DNA of 64,000 nt from the NCBI GenBank assembly GCA_040772385.1, contig JAXGYF010000001.1, positions 5,048,545 to 5,112,544 of the forward strand, written 5' to 3'. The stretch comes from Candidatus Vecturithrix sp. (GTDB taxonomy: Bacteria > Moduliflexota > Moduliflexia > Moduliflexales > Moduliflexaceae). How positions within the stretch are numbered: position 1 is the first letter of the stretch; each line of letters opens with the position of its first letter. The position numbers were made by a program, and so were the translations under genes. This document shows positions 1 through 10,314 of this stretch, in pieces. Under the pieces are notes generated by a model. The model searched no databases, had not been told where the DNA came from, and was given only the letters and a program-made list of their open reading frames with translations.

Positions 1-1138
1 AGTCATGATACCGCCGTGATAGCCGTCAATTGCGGCCCGCAATGAGGCCAAATCTTTCGCGCTGCGTTGGCGGTACGGATCAGGATACACATCCGGCGGC
101 ACATCATTGACGATCGTGACAGAGCCTTTTTTGAGATTGAAGTTTTTCTGCCCCTCATTCGACATGCAGATTTCGAGCCAGCTTAACGCCAGTTCCGGAT
201 GCGGCGCGCCTTTGGCGAGTGGAAAGCTATCGGCATGACCAAACCACAGATCTTTGGGAATCGCGGTGGCGCTGAAGTCTTTCTCAGGCTCCATCCCAAT
301 TGCCAGGTAATATCCTAACACCCAGTCGCCCATCCAATACATCGCCGCTTGCCCGTCTTTCAGCAACGCGCCGGCTTCATCCCAGCTTTTGGTGGCATGA
401 AAGGGGTAGAAATAGGGAATCAGAGCTTTATATTTTTCCATGGCATCGCGGAAGGTCGGATCTGTTTTGAAATCGATCATTCCGGTATTGGCCTTTTCAT
501 AAAAATCCGGACCGCCAGCAGCAATCAAACACATATCGTAGGGATATGTGGCCCAGACTTTTTCCCGTGTGCCTAAAGAAATCGGAGCGATATCCGGTTT
601 GGCCTCTTTAATTTTTTTACAGGTTTCAAGCAAGGCATCATAGGTTTCCGGCGGAGTCAGTCCGAGTTCTTCAAACAGCGGTTTGTTGTACCACAACCAG
701 TTTGTACGATGCGCATTAATCGGCACAGAATAGACTTTGCCGTCAAATTTCAGGCTTTTGACCCAGGCCGGGTTAATGCGGCTTTCAAAATTGGTTTTTT
801 CCCAGAGATCGTTGATTTCTTCCAGATAGCCGGCATCAATATAACTTTTCTGCTGGTTGCCCTGATGATCCTGGAAAATATCAGGCGGATTGCCGGATTC
901 AAGATTGCCCATCAGCACCGCCAGCATATTGGCTCCACCGCCGCCAGCCACAGGATTTTCAAGAATATTCACATTCGGATGTTTTTCCTTGAATAGTTTA
1001 AAAAGTTCATCAATCGCTTCCTTCTCGCCGCCTGCCGTCCAATAATGGAAGATGATGAACTCGTCGGCCGCAAATAACTGCACGGCTCCTACACACATAA
1101 TTGCCAAAACAAGTCCGAGAATACCAAGCTTTTTCATT
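1..1138 (-). CDS. ABC transporter extracellular solute-binding protein (family 1, sugar-type); C-terminus runs off the window start
   Basis: Manual minus-strand translation from the ATG at 1136-1138 gives MKKLGILGLVLAIMCVGAVQLFAADE..., a signal peptide followed by SBP-like sequence. It is absent from the ORF track because no stop codon falls inside the window. Confidence 0.7.
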
Positions 1139-1354
1139 GCACTCCCTCCTGTTGTGCAGGTTTTTATACTTGCCTGAGCAGCATAGACGCCTGCCTGTTC
1201 TCGTTATAAAGATAATTTGACGCCGATTCTCTCCGAATGAAGAGCGTTGCATATTCTTGACCAGGGAAGGAAAAGTCTGTCAAGAAAATTTTCATTTAAA
1301 AATTCTCCATTTTCACTTGAAGCTCCTATTTTTCAGAAAGATATTTGCCAGTCA

Positions 1355-1389
1355 AAAAAACCGAGTTTTTTGGAAAAACTCGGTTTTTC
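1355..1389. terminator. Palindromic hairpin AAAAACCGAGTTTTTTGGAAAAACTCGGTTTTT (REP-type-1 family, bidirectional terminator-like)
   Basis: Perfect inverted repeat flanked by A and T runs. It is one member of a family of seven such copies in this window. Confidence 0.6.
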
Positions 1390-1392
1390 GTT

Positions 1393-2562
1393 TTATCTCA
1401 TAAAAAAGGGAAAATCCTCGGCCTGTCCGATCTGTTCCTGCCCACGTTTGCGCTGGATTTCGGTTTTGGCAGCCTTTACGGCATCCGTGCCTTCGAAGAG
1501 TTCGATCCAGTGTGAAAAGCTCACCTCTGCGCCCGGTTGGATTCGGGCGACACGTCTGCCTTCACGTTCTATTCTGCGAGGATTCGGTAAATCCGAACAG
1601 GGATTGAAGCCGGCTACATAGCCATCGCGCATTCCGCTGCAGCGTTTCCAGAGGATCGTATAGGGCAGCGTCGCAACCTGGTAACTGACTTTTGCCGCTA
1701 AATTCTCGGCAGCATTAACGAGCAGTTGGTGCGCAAAGCCGTGTTCATCCGGGCAGCCTTGCAACAGAAAGACTTGCTCAATAAATCCGGGCGTGGGGCC
1801 GGGGAAGGTGTTAAGATTTTGAATTCCGGCGGCGGCAAATTGATCGCGCGGCACAAGTTTATCGTAAGTTCCCAGAAATTGCGAACCTGCTTCCAGAAAA
1901 GGGGGGCCAAAATTGGTGTGATACAGCATTTCATATTCTCCGTCCGCGTCGCCGAGATTCGAGAGCGTATCTTCAATGCGAATCCGCGCGCGCCCTTTTT
2001 CCAGAATCAGTTGTGTGTGCAATACGTAATTGACACCGAAGACGATCTGTTCAGGAACGTCGCCCTCGATCATGAGTGTCTCATCCTGACAGCGCAGCGC
2101 AACCCGACTGGCCGGGGTCCAGCCGACTTTGCCGTGCAGGGGCAAGAAAATACGGTCGGTGTTCCCCATGTTATTGATAATTTCATCATCCCCCATAGCT
2201 CCTGACCATTCGATGCCGCAGCGATTGAGAAATTCGTTAAACCCGTAATGGCATCCACGTCCGCCCATTTCCAGCAGATGGATGTACTGCGGATGCACAA
2301 TTTCCCGTACCGGCGACTGCCAGCCAAGCGGATACGGGCCGAAACGTCCGTCAATAATTCCCATGCCGCGAGTAGGGCATACGCGCAGAGTCAGCAGGCC
2401 GTTGGAAATTTCAATCATTTCGACACCCGTCTGGCGTCCGCCGCTCAGCGTCATTTTACGGCAATAGGCTGTGTTGTCAAAGCCGAATTCAGGCCCCGGA
2501 ATGCAGAAATCAGAGGCTGAAAAAGAGGCATTAGTCTCTGTGATGATCCAAATTTTTTCCAT
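1393..2562 (-). CDS. Conserved protein of unknown function (DUF4432 / aldose-epimerase-like fold, frequently sugar-operon associated)
   Basis: 389-aa ORF co-oriented with the GH4 glycosidase and sugar-binding-protein genes. The family call rests on recall only. Confidence 0.35.
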   Translation of the reverse strand: MEKIWIITETNASFSASDFCIPGPEFGFDNTAYCRKMTLSGGRQTGVEMIEISNGLLTLRVCPTRGMGIIDGRFGPYPLGWQSPVREIVHPQYIHLLEMGGRGCHYGFNEFLNRCGIEWSGAMGDDEIINNMGNTDRIFLPLHGKVGWTPASRVALRCQDETLMIEGDVPEQIVFGVNYVLHTQLILEKGRARIRIEDTLSNLGDADGEYEMLYHTNFGPPFLEAGSQFLGTYDKLVPRDQFAAAGIQNLNTFPGPTPGFIEQVFLLQGCPDEHGFAHQLLVNAAENLAAKVSYQVATLPYTILWKRCSGMRDGYVAGFNPCSDLPNPRRIEREGRRVARIQPGAEVSFSHWIELFEGTDAVKAAKTEIQRKRGQEQIGQAEDFPFFMR

Positions 2563-2575
2563 GATGAATACCCTA

Positions 2576-2610
2576 AAAACTGGGTTTCTTCAAGAAACCC
2601 GGTTTTTTTA
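2576..2610. terminator. REP-type-1 hairpin AAAAACTGGGTTTCTTCAAGAAACCCGGTTTTTTT
   Basis: Inverted repeat with a T-tract, same family as 1355-1389. Confidence 0.6.
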
Positions 2611-2612
2611 TT

Positions 2613-3977
2613 TTAGCGAATATATCCAAGATAGTCCTGTTGATATTCAAGAATCGCGTCTAAGGCGGCCTCGGCTGCGGCCACATGATCAACCACCGGA
2701 TCGACTAATAACGCTTGCAAGGCCAATTCGCGCGAACCGGCCAGCACTGCTTCAACAGTCAAATCGTTCACTGCAACCTGATTATTGAGCAATCCCGCAA
2801 ATCCTCTGGGCAATTTCCCAAGTTTAACGCCGTGTACGCCATCTTTATCAACCGTCGCCGGAACTTCAACGACCATTTCGGATGTTAAATTCTCGATCAA
2901 ACCGTTATTGGGAATATTGACTGCCAGTTCTTCTTGATGAGAATCGGTTAAAATGCCCTCGATAATCGGGATTTCGCGCCAGTATTCAATTTCCAGGGTT
3001 CCCTTGATTCTCGATTCCGGCACTTGCTCCAAACACCATTTTTTGTAAAAGTTGTAGAAATCTAAGATGCCTTTGTGATCAACCACCGAATGCGCCCATT
3101 GGATATATTCGCCCACATGGCTGTCAGTGGTAATCGGCAGCAGTCCGAATTTTTCCAGAATCACCTTAAACAATTCGCGTTCGGCCCAGATATGCTGCCG
3201 ACTGGGAAGCCGTTCACCGCTGCCGCGTGCTGCATCCAGCATCTCTTTCATCGCGCCCAGATTTTCATAAGATTGTTCCGGCAGACGCTCAAAATAGGCC
3301 GGAGCTTTGGCGCGGATTTCAGGATACGCGTCTTTGTCTGTATCTTTATAGATCGCTTCGAGCAGCACGCTGAAATGATTCAATCCGCCAGCCTTGATCT
3401 GAAGATTCTTCCAGGGTGTGTTTAAAATTTTCGGCAAGTGTTCCATTAAAGAAACGACTTCATGACACAAGCCAACGACTTTGAGTTCAGGGAATTTACG
3501 TGAAATTGCCAGACAGATACGGGTCATAGGGTTGCTGAGATTGAACAAATAGGCTTCTGGACAAAGTTTCTGAATGTCGCTGCAAATCTCAAGAATCGGG
3601 GGGATAATTCGCAAAGAATGGAATAATCCGCCAGGGCCGCCGTTTTCGCCGTACACCTGATGAATACCGTATTGCAGCGGGATTTTCCAATCCTGTTCCC
3701 ACAATTCATAACGGTTGCCGATTTCAATGGCAAGAATGCAAAAATCCGCTCCTCGCAGTGCTTCCTGCCGCGAAGTCGTCGCAACCAGGGTATATTGAAG
3801 TTGATTGTCTTCCATATATCGCCGGGCAATCCTCTCAACTTTGCTCAGAGCCTGTGGATTAATATCGTGCAGCACGACTGTACTGCCTTGCAACGCTTTG
3901 TTTTTGAAAATATTACCGACTGAACCAAGTCCAAACATTGCGCTTCCTGCGCCAATCAGAACAATTTTATTGCTCAT
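2613..3977 (-). CDS. Glycoside hydrolase family 4 (NAD+/Mn2+-dependent alpha-glucosidase / alpha-galactosidase / 6-phospho-glycosidase type)
   Basis: N-terminal Rossmann motif MSNKIVLIGAGSAMFG and the GH4 GLCHEV Cys-His motif. Start is placed at the ATG 3977-3975, which has an upstream GGGG/AGAGG RBS; the ORF track gives a longer 4010 start. Confidence 0.85.
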   Translation of the reverse strand: MSNKIVLIGAGSAMFGLGSVGNIFKNKALQGSTVVLHDINPQALSKVERIARRYMEDNQLQYTLVATTSRQEALRGADFCILAIEIGNRYELWEQDWKIPLQYGIHQVYGENGGPGGLFHSLRIIPPILEICSDIQKLCPEAYLFNLSNPMTRICLAISRKFPELKVVGLCHEVVSLMEHLPKILNTPWKNLQIKAGGLNHFSVLLEAIYKDTDKDAYPEIRAKAPAYFERLPEQSYENLGAMKEMLDAARGSGERLPSRQHIWAERELFKVILEKFGLLPITTDSHVGEYIQWAHSVVDHKGILDFYNFYKKWCLEQVPESRIKGTLEIEYWREIPIIEGILTDSHQEELAVNIPNNGLIENLTSEMVVEVPATVDKDGVHGVKLGKLPRGFAGLLNNQVAVNDLTVEAVLAGSRELALQALLVDPVVDHVAAAEAALDAILEYQQDYLGYIR

Positions 3978-4106
3978 GATTTTTCCCCTCTTAGAAAGAT
4001 TGTTAAACACTACAACAGATTTGAAAATAGAATGAATGTCTTTACTATAATACTTTGGGACTGAAATTCATATTAACAAAGCGTGTCGGATAATAGTTCC
4101 CCAAAA

Positions 4107-6521
4107 CTAAATTACGTGTTCGGTACGAGCGATAATATCATCTTGCGTATCCGGCGCTAAGGTCGTGAAAAATGCGGAATATCCGGCGACGCGCACGATC
4201 AGATCGCGGTATTGCTCAGGGTGCTTTTTGGCGTCGAGCAGCGTAGCGCGATCCACAATATTATACTGCACGTGCCAGCCTTTTAAATCAGTGAAAAACG
4301 TGTGCAGCATCGCAATGAGCTTTTTCTTCTCCTGCTCTTGTTTGATGGCGGTCGGCGACAATTTCTGATTCAAGAGCACACCGCCTAAAATCTTGTTGGT
4401 CGGGAGTTTGGCAATTGACTTAAAGACCGCTGTAGGGCCGAGTTCATCGGTGCCTGAAGAGGGCGAACTCCCTTCAGCCAGGGGTTGAAAGGCTTTTCTA
4501 CCGTCTGGCGTAGCCGGGACAACCGCTCCGGATGGCACATTCGCGGAAATACTTGAGGTTCCGGCGTAATACCGACAGCCAATCGGGCCGCGTCCGTAGC
4601 GCGTGGTGTGATATTTTTTAAGCTCATTGATATAATCCATGTAGGCTTCACGCAGCAAAATATCCACATAATTCTCATCATTGCCGAATTTGGGCGCGTA
4701 ATTCAGCAGAATTTGCCGCACTCTTTCCCCTTCAGTTTTTTCAAAATTGGTTTCCAGATGGCGCAGGAGTTCCGCTTTAGAAATTTTCTGTTCCTCAAAT
4801 ACCAGCTTTTTGATGGCTGCCAGAGAATTGCCGAGGTTCGCAATGCCGACTTGTAAGCCGGAGATAAAATCATATTTTGACCCGCCTTCTTTGATGGTTT
4901 TGCCTCTTTTTAAACAATCATCCACAAAAGCCGAACAAAGAATATCAGGCACTTCTTCCTCTAGGATCGTATCCACAGCCGTATCAATCGCCACACCGGC
5001 CCGGGCGTAATATTTAACCTGTTGCTGCCAGGCTCGCAACACATCATCAAAGGACTCGAAGTCAGTTAATTTCCCACGTCCTTTCTTAAAGGTATTGCCA
5101 GACATAGTATCTTTCCCGTCATTCAGGGCTGCGAGCAACACACGCATAAAGTTCAAAAAATGCATCCCGGTGCAGCGATAGCCCCATTTACCAGGTACAG
5201 CCACCTCAATACAGCCGATTGCAGAATAATTATACGCATCTTCTTTGTCAACTCCAAGTTTAAGAAAAGAAGGGATCACAATTTCATCATTGTTAAAGGC
5301 CGGCATTCCAAAGCCTTTTTCAATGACTTGCAGACATTCGAGCATAAACTCGTCGCTGATATGCTTATGATAGCGAATTGAGAGATTCGGCTGTGTTAAT
5401 TTCGTTTCGCCTACTGAGCGCAGAATAAGATAACTAAGTTCATTTACTGCGTCTTCACCAGTAACGGTTTGGCCGCCGATGGTCACGTTTTGATATAACG
5501 GACTTCCCGCGGAAAATCGGGTATGGGACCAGGAGCGAATCTTCAAAAAGGAAAGAAGTTTGATCCAGGTATTTTCTAACAATTCCATGACAAAATCATC
5601 CGTGATTTTTTCCTCCTGTTTATCCTGTTTATAGAAAGGATAGAGATATTGATCCATGCGTCCCAGGGAAACGGAATGGCCGTTACTCTCGATTTGCAGC
5701 ACAAGTTGGATAAAATAAGCCAGTTGCAGGGCCTGGTAAAAATCTTGCGGCGGATACTGTGCAATCTGGCGGCAGTTTTCATGAATTCTGATCAATTCGG
5801 CTTTGCGTTCTGAATTGTTCTCCTGTTCACTCATAGAAAGGGCGAGTGCGGCGTAACGATTGATAAAATCGCACAAAGCGCGTAAGCTGATTTCCACGGC
5901 CTGATAAAACTGCGCTTTTTTGAGATCCGCCCAATCCGTCAGGTCGAGTTGTTTACGTTTAAATTCCACTTTATCCAGATACCCCTGGATGCCGAGTTTC
6001 AGGATTTTTTCAAAATTGACCGCAATATGCCCATCGCCTGAGGTTAAATTGCCTTCAGCGCGGATGATGCCGGCCGCATGGATCTCGCGCAGCGTGTCCG
6101 TCATCAGTTCCCGTCCCTTTTCCAGTGTGGTTTTTCCGTGCCAATAGGCGCAAATCTCTTTTAATTCCTCTTTGGTTTCCTCTGAAAGATAAAAGGCATC
6201 GCCGGGACGTTTGTCAAATTCATCCAGTTCTTTGAGAATCCATTCAACCGCATATTCGGGAAAAATCGGCGCGGCTCTCAATTTTGACGATTGATTGCCC
6301 ACAATCAATTCGCCGCCATCAATAAAAACAGTCATTTCCTGCAAGGTTTTTTCCAGCGCGAACGCACGTCTGAGAATGACCGGTTTCGCCGCGTGCTGCT
6401 GGTAAGCTTCAGTATAAAATCGGGCGCGTTCGGTGCAGACCGTGGGTCTGGCGTTTAACACCTGTTCGCGTAGAGTGTGAATACGTGTTGATAAACCTGG
6501 TTTGGTAGCAATGTGTATCAT
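4107..6521 (-). CDS. Glycyl radical enzyme, pyruvate formate-lyase superfamily, dehydratase/lyase clade (CutC / glycerol-dehydratase / HypD-like Cys-x-Glu active site)
   Basis: 804 aa. The C-terminal glycyl radical motif RVAGYSAFF is present. A single catalytic Cys in GCIEVAVPG, rather than the CC pair of PFL, points to the dehydratase/lyase clade. The cognate activase gene lies just upstream. Confidence 0.9.
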   Translation of the reverse strand: MIHIATKPGLSTRIHTLREQVLNARPTVCTERARFYTEAYQQHAAKPVILRRAFALEKTLQEMTVFIDGGELIVGNQSSKLRAAPIFPEYAVEWILKELDEFDKRPGDAFYLSEETKEELKEICAYWHGKTTLEKGRELMTDTLREIHAAGIIRAEGNLTSGDGHIAVNFEKILKLGIQGYLDKVEFKRKQLDLTDWADLKKAQFYQAVEISLRALCDFINRYAALALSMSEQENNSERKAELIRIHENCRQIAQYPPQDFYQALQLAYFIQLVLQIESNGHSVSLGRMDQYLYPFYKQDKQEEKITDDFVMELLENTWIKLLSFLKIRSWSHTRFSAGSPLYQNVTIGGQTVTGEDAVNELSYLILRSVGETKLTQPNLSIRYHKHISDEFMLECLQVIEKGFGMPAFNNDEIVIPSFLKLGVDKEDAYNYSAIGCIEVAVPGKWGYRCTGMHFLNFMRVLLAALNDGKDTMSGNTFKKGRGKLTDFESFDDVLRAWQQQVKYYARAGVAIDTAVDTILEEEVPDILCSAFVDDCLKRGKTIKEGGSKYDFISGLQVGIANLGNSLAAIKKLVFEEQKISKAELLRHLETNFEKTEGERVRQILLNYAPKFGNDENYVDILLREAYMDYINELKKYHTTRYGRGPIGCRYYAGTSSISANVPSGAVVPATPDGRKAFQPLAEGSSPSSGTDELGPTAVFKSIAKLPTNKILGGVLLNQKLSPTAIKQEQEKKKLIAMLHTFFTDLKGWHVQYNIVDRATLLDAKKHPEQYRDLIVRVAGYSAFFTTLAPDTQDDIIARTEHVI

Positions 6522-6554
6522 AATTATCTTCCCTCAATATTTTCCCCTCATCCC

Positions 6555-6800
6555 TCCCAGGAGCTGACAGGAATAGGTATTTTGTGCTGATGCCTCGTCC
6601 GGCCCAGCCATCAATGGCCGGTCTCAAAGCTGAAGCAGGCTGAAGCCCGCTCCCAAATTCCACAGGACGCTTCGGCGTCCTTCAACGTTGAGACTGGCGA
6701 TTGATCGCCAGGAGACAAGGCACACGAGTTTGCCCCTCACGTGATACCTACCCCTGGCAGCCTCCCAGGAGGCAGGGCTGTTAAGTTCTAAGACCTCACC
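6555..6800. repeat. Repeat family A intergenic element (contains near-palindrome CTGGCGATTGATCGCCAGG and GCTGAAGCAGGCTGAAGCCCGCT)
   Basis: Related copies occur at 20725-20885, 31745-31835, 35925-35965 (partial) and 37120-37215. This copy sits between the GRE-activase and GRE genes. Confidence 0.7.
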
Positions 6801-6816
6801 CCCGGCCCCTCCGAGA

Positions 6817-7710
6817 TTATCCTCCTATCATGACAATAAGCCCCTTGTTTTTGGCGTATTCAACGTAAGATTGTATTTCGTCTTCTGACACTGAGGCGGC
6901 CGGAAGGTCGTAGGTTCGGCCTAACAGTGCGTATTTCTGTCGCCCCAGAGCATGATAGGGGATCAAATGAACTTCGTGAATATTGGTCAACGAGGCAGCA
7001 AAGTCAATAATAGCGCACATTTCAGTTTCGCTATGGTTAAATCCAGGAATGACCGGAATGCGAGCGACAACCGGAACCTGCGCTGTTTCCAACTGCTTGA
7101 AATTCGAGATGATCAGGTCTAATCTCCCTCCGGTTGTAGTCTGAAATTTTTCAGGATCAGTATGTTTCAGGTCTGCCAGAAACAGATCGATATATTGGAG
7201 ATGTCTTTCGATCTGTTGCCAGGGCACGTGCAGACAGGTTTCCACGGCAACATGAATATCTAAGTTTTTGAGCTGCGGCAGTAATTCCGATAATATCTCC
7301 GGTTGGGCAAACGGTTCACCCCCGGAAACGGTCACTCCGCCGCCGCTTTTGCTGTAAAACGGAAGGTCTTTGCTGATTTCTGTCAGGATGTCCGTCACGC
7401 TCTTCTCTTCGCCGATCACCGTAATCGCTTTCGATGGACACACATCGTTAAAGGCGAAAGGCTGTTTGAGATGGTCGCGTTGCAGTCTGACCTGTCCATT
7501 ATCATTTATAAACTCCTGAAACTGTGAATGCTGGACGCATTCGAGACAGCCAATACATTTACGCGGTTCGAACATGAGATCATAGCCAAAAGATTGACTT
7601 TCAGGATTACTGCACCAGGAACAGCGCAAAGGACAGCCCTTGAAAAAGATCACCGTGCGAATGCCTGCGCCGTCATGCGTGGAAAAGCGTTGAATATTAA
7701 AAATCATCAA
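6817..7710 (-). CDS. Glycyl-radical enzyme activating enzyme (radical SAM)
   Basis: The CPLRCSWC CX3CX2C motif lies near the N-terminus, and a Gly-rich SAM motif GGGVTVSGGEP is present. The 297-aa size fits a GRE activase. Confidence 0.9.
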   Translation of the reverse strand: MMIFNIQRFSTHDGAGIRTVIFFKGCPLRCSWCSNPESQSFGYDLMFEPRKCIGCLECVQHSQFQEFINDNGQVRLQRDHLKQPFAFNDVCPSKAITVIGEEKSVTDILTEISKDLPFYSKSGGGVTVSGGEPFAQPEILSELLPQLKNLDIHVAVETCLHVPWQQIERHLQYIDLFLADLKHTDPEKFQTTTGGRLDLIISNFKQLETAQVPVVARIPVIPGFNHSETEMCAIIDFAASLTNIHEVHLIPYHALGRQKYALLGRTYDLPAASVSEDEIQSYVEYAKNKGLIVMIGG

Positions 7711-8122
7711 ATGGGGTACTCCATATATTCATCAATGGTGCTCAAACATTTTTTAGTTACCCCCCTCAATCCCACGCAAGTGAGGGAGACCAATCCCTTT
7801 CCCCGCGCTTATAGGGAGAATAAGAGAAGAGCGCAGCATAAGTTATCTGGGGTATTTTCATTTGAAGATTGAAGTGCTTCATTTAAAAGTCAAGGGATTT
7901 TTGATAAAATTTTCATGCTGATTTTTAGGGATATTTTATTTTACGTAATTTCAAAAAATCTCTGCTTCTGAGAAATCCTTTGTACTTACTGAGAAGAAAT
8001 AAGTTGACACTTGCACGCAGATATTTATGATTGTGTTGAGCAGTGATATGCTATGCATATGACGTATTTTAAGTCAGATTGAAATCAACTTCTATATTCC
8101 AAAGACAGGGAGGATAAGTCAC

Positions 8123-9028
8123 ATGAGAGAATTACTTATTCTGTTCGGGGCCTTGATTGGGTGGATACTTGGCTATGTTTTCCAACTCTATATACCCAAA
8201 AAGAGGAGAGAAAAAGGATTGGATCTCCAAAGGGAACTTGAAGAAGCCAAAGAGACGAATCGCCGCCTTGAAGCCCGACTCAGCCAATATCACAACCTGG
8301 AAGAACAACTCAATACTTGCAAAACCCAACGACAGCAGCAAACTGAAGAACTGGAAAATGTTCGCGCGAAACTCACCTCAGCCGAAGCACAGATTGCAAC
8401 CTTACAACAAGGGATAGCTTCCCTGGAGCAGAGAATTGAAACAGAAACACCAGCCTCTCCGGCAGAAGTCTCGCCGGAGATTAAGACGCAAACGCCTCCA
8501 ATAGAAACCTTTTTGGACATTGGAACGACAATTCCCACAATAGTTGAACGAGAAACTCCGCAAGACGTTGAAGTCGAAACGGTCTCTCCCGAAGTTGAAA
8601 TACATGTCCCTGAGAAAGTTCAATCAGAAACTACACCAGCCGAAACCTCGCAAGCGGTTATAGCAGAAACGTTGTTCGAAGACTCATCACCAGCGACAGA
8701 CGTAGAAATACCTTCAGAAGACATTCACCCGGAAAGCGAATCGAAATTATCGCGTTCAACTCCTGAAAAACCGGATAATCTTCGTAAAATTGAAGGAATT
8801 GGCCCCAAAGTTGCTCAACTCCTGAATGAAGCCGGCATTTTGACTTTCGAACAGCTCGCGCAAACCGAAAGCGACCGTCTACGAACTATTCTGGAAGAGG
8901 CCGGAGGTGTCTTTAAAGCCATGGATCCGGCAAGCTGGCCCGAACAAGCAGGTTTAGCTGCGAAAGGTGATTGGGAAGCGTTGAAAATCCTGCAAGACCA
9001 ACTCGACGGCGGACGCTATAAATCCTGA
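8123..9028 (+). CDS. Membrane-anchored coiled-coil protein with a C-terminal helix-hairpin-helix-like domain
   Basis: An N-terminal TM helix is followed by a long acidic coiled-coil and low-complexity region. The C-terminus carries an HhH-like motif, LRKIEGIGPKVAQLLNEAGILTFEQLA. A GGAGG RBS lies upstream. Confidence 0.5.
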   Translation: MRELLILFGALIGWILGYVFQLYIPKKRREKGLDLQRELEEAKETNRRLEARLSQYHNLEEQLNTCKTQRQQQTEELENVRAKLTSAEAQIATLQQGIASLEQRIETETPASPAEVSPEIKTQTPPIETFLDIGTTIPTIVERETPQDVEVETVSPEVEIHVPEKVQSETTPAETSQAVIAETLFEDSSPATDVEIPSEDIHPESESKLSRSTPEKPDNLRKIEGIGPKVAQLLNEAGILTFEQLAQTESDRLRTILEEAGGVFKAMDPASWPEQAGLAAKGDWEALKILQDQLDGGRYKS

Positions 9029-9165
9029 CATAGCCTCTGGAGACCAACTCTTGTGGTGGTGTCTCCTCATGGTTTTTTTATTTCTAAAGAGTTATAGAGA
9101 AATGAAACAGGTATAAACACAACTTTAACATTGTGAGTGTTGGCGCATAAAAAGGAGGGAATACG

Positions 9166-10167
9166 GTGACTATGAAAAAATTCATCAATGATCCGGCGAA
9201 TTTGACACGGGAACTGTTGGAAGGGTATTGCCTGGCTTACCCTGATAAGGTTGCTCTCAAATCGGAAAAGCTCGTGGTACGAGCAACTCCCAAGCCAGAA
9301 GACAAAGTGGCGATTGTGACGCTCGGCGGGGCCGGCCATGAACCGGCGTTGAGCGGATTTGTCGGTGAAGGTATGCTGGATGTGAGTGTGGTCGGCGATA
9401 TCTTTGCCGCCCCTGGACCGCCCAAAGTACTCGAAGCCCTGCGCATGATGAACCGGCCGGCCGGAGTCTTGCTTGTGGTGCTCAACCATGCCGGCGATGT
9501 GATGAGCGCAAATATGGCGATGCAGATGGCAAAAAAAGAGGGATTGAACGTCAAAATGCTTCTCACGCATGAAGATATTGCGCCGGGCCTTGATGCACCG
9601 GCTGAAGATCGCCGCGGACTTGTCGGGTGCGTTCCGTTGTATAAAATCGCCGGAGCCGCAGCAGAGGCTGGAAGATCCCTGGAAGAAGTTTATGCGTTGG
9701 CCGAACGTTTCAATCAGAATATGGCGACCCTGTCCGTGGCATTAAAAACTGCCACTCATCCGGTTTCAGGCGAATATATCTCCACCCTGGAAGAGCATGA
9801 AATGGAAATCGGCATGGGGCAGCATGGCGAAGGCGGCGGCGGACGTATGAATGTCAAAACAGCAGATGAAACCGCTGAAATCATGCTGGAAAAACTGCTC
9901 AAGGCTATTCAGGCCAGACGCGGCGATCAAGTCTTTGTGATGCTGAACGGCAGCGGCGCAACCACCTTAATGGAGATGTTTATTGTCTATCGTCAGGTCA
10001 AACACCTGCTGGATCAGAAAGGCATTGAAGTGGTTGATGCAATGGTGGATGAATATCTGACCGTGCAGGAAATGGCCGGCTTCCAGATGTTCGTGGCTAA
10101 GATGGATGATGAATTGACAGTGTTGTTACAAGCGCCGTGCAATACCCCTTACTGGGTCGTGCGATAG
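9166..10167 (+). CDS. dhaK: Dihydroxyacetone kinase, DhaK subunit (Dak1 domain)
   Basis: A Dak1-like sequence with a GGGH-containing motif (LGGAGHEPALSGFVGEGMLD). It has a GTG start with a strong AAGGAGGG RBS. Confidence 0.8.
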   Translation: MTMKKFINDPANLTRELLEGYCLAYPDKVALKSEKLVVRATPKPEDKVAIVTLGGAGHEPALSGFVGEGMLDVSVVGDIFAAPGPPKVLEALRMMNRPAGVLLVVLNHAGDVMSANMAMQMAKKEGLNVKMLLTHEDIAPGLDAPAEDRRGLVGCVPLYKIAGAAAEAGRSLEEVYALAERFNQNMATLSVALKTATHPVSGEYISTLEEHEMEIGMGQHGEGGGGRMNVKTADETAEIMLEKLLKAIQARRGDQVFVMLNGSGATTLMEMFIVYRQVKHLLDQKGIEVVDAMVDEYLTVQEMAGFQMFVAKMDDELTVLLQAPCNTPYWVVR

Positions 10168-10198
10168 ACACGGATTTGACTCCGTTCAGAGTTCAGGA

Positions 10199-10232
10199 GA
10201 AAAAACCGGGTTTCTCAAAGAAACCCGGTTTG
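10199..10232. terminator. REP-type-1 hairpin AAAAACCGGGTTTCTCAAAGAAACCCGGTTT
   Basis: Same palindromic family as the other six copies. Confidence 0.6.
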
Positions 10233-10314
10233 TAGAGGTTTGACTTTGCTCAGTGTGCGCGGTCTGTCGAGCGGAGTCGAGACCGGAGTAAGTTCAGATC
10301 TGAAAATCTCTTGC

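Noticed and set aside
349-996. Plus-strand ORFs of 75 and 95 aa at the window start
   Set aside because: They lie antisense within the well-supported minus-strand sugar-binding-protein gene.
4107-6521. The GRE being cargo of the BMC locus (a GRM-type microcompartment)
   Set aside because: The GRE is 24 kb from the shell genes, with unrelated operons between. It has no N- or C-terminal encapsulation-peptide-like extension. The BMC cargo set of DeoC, RpiB and aldehyde dehydrogenase is the SPU signature, not the GRM one.
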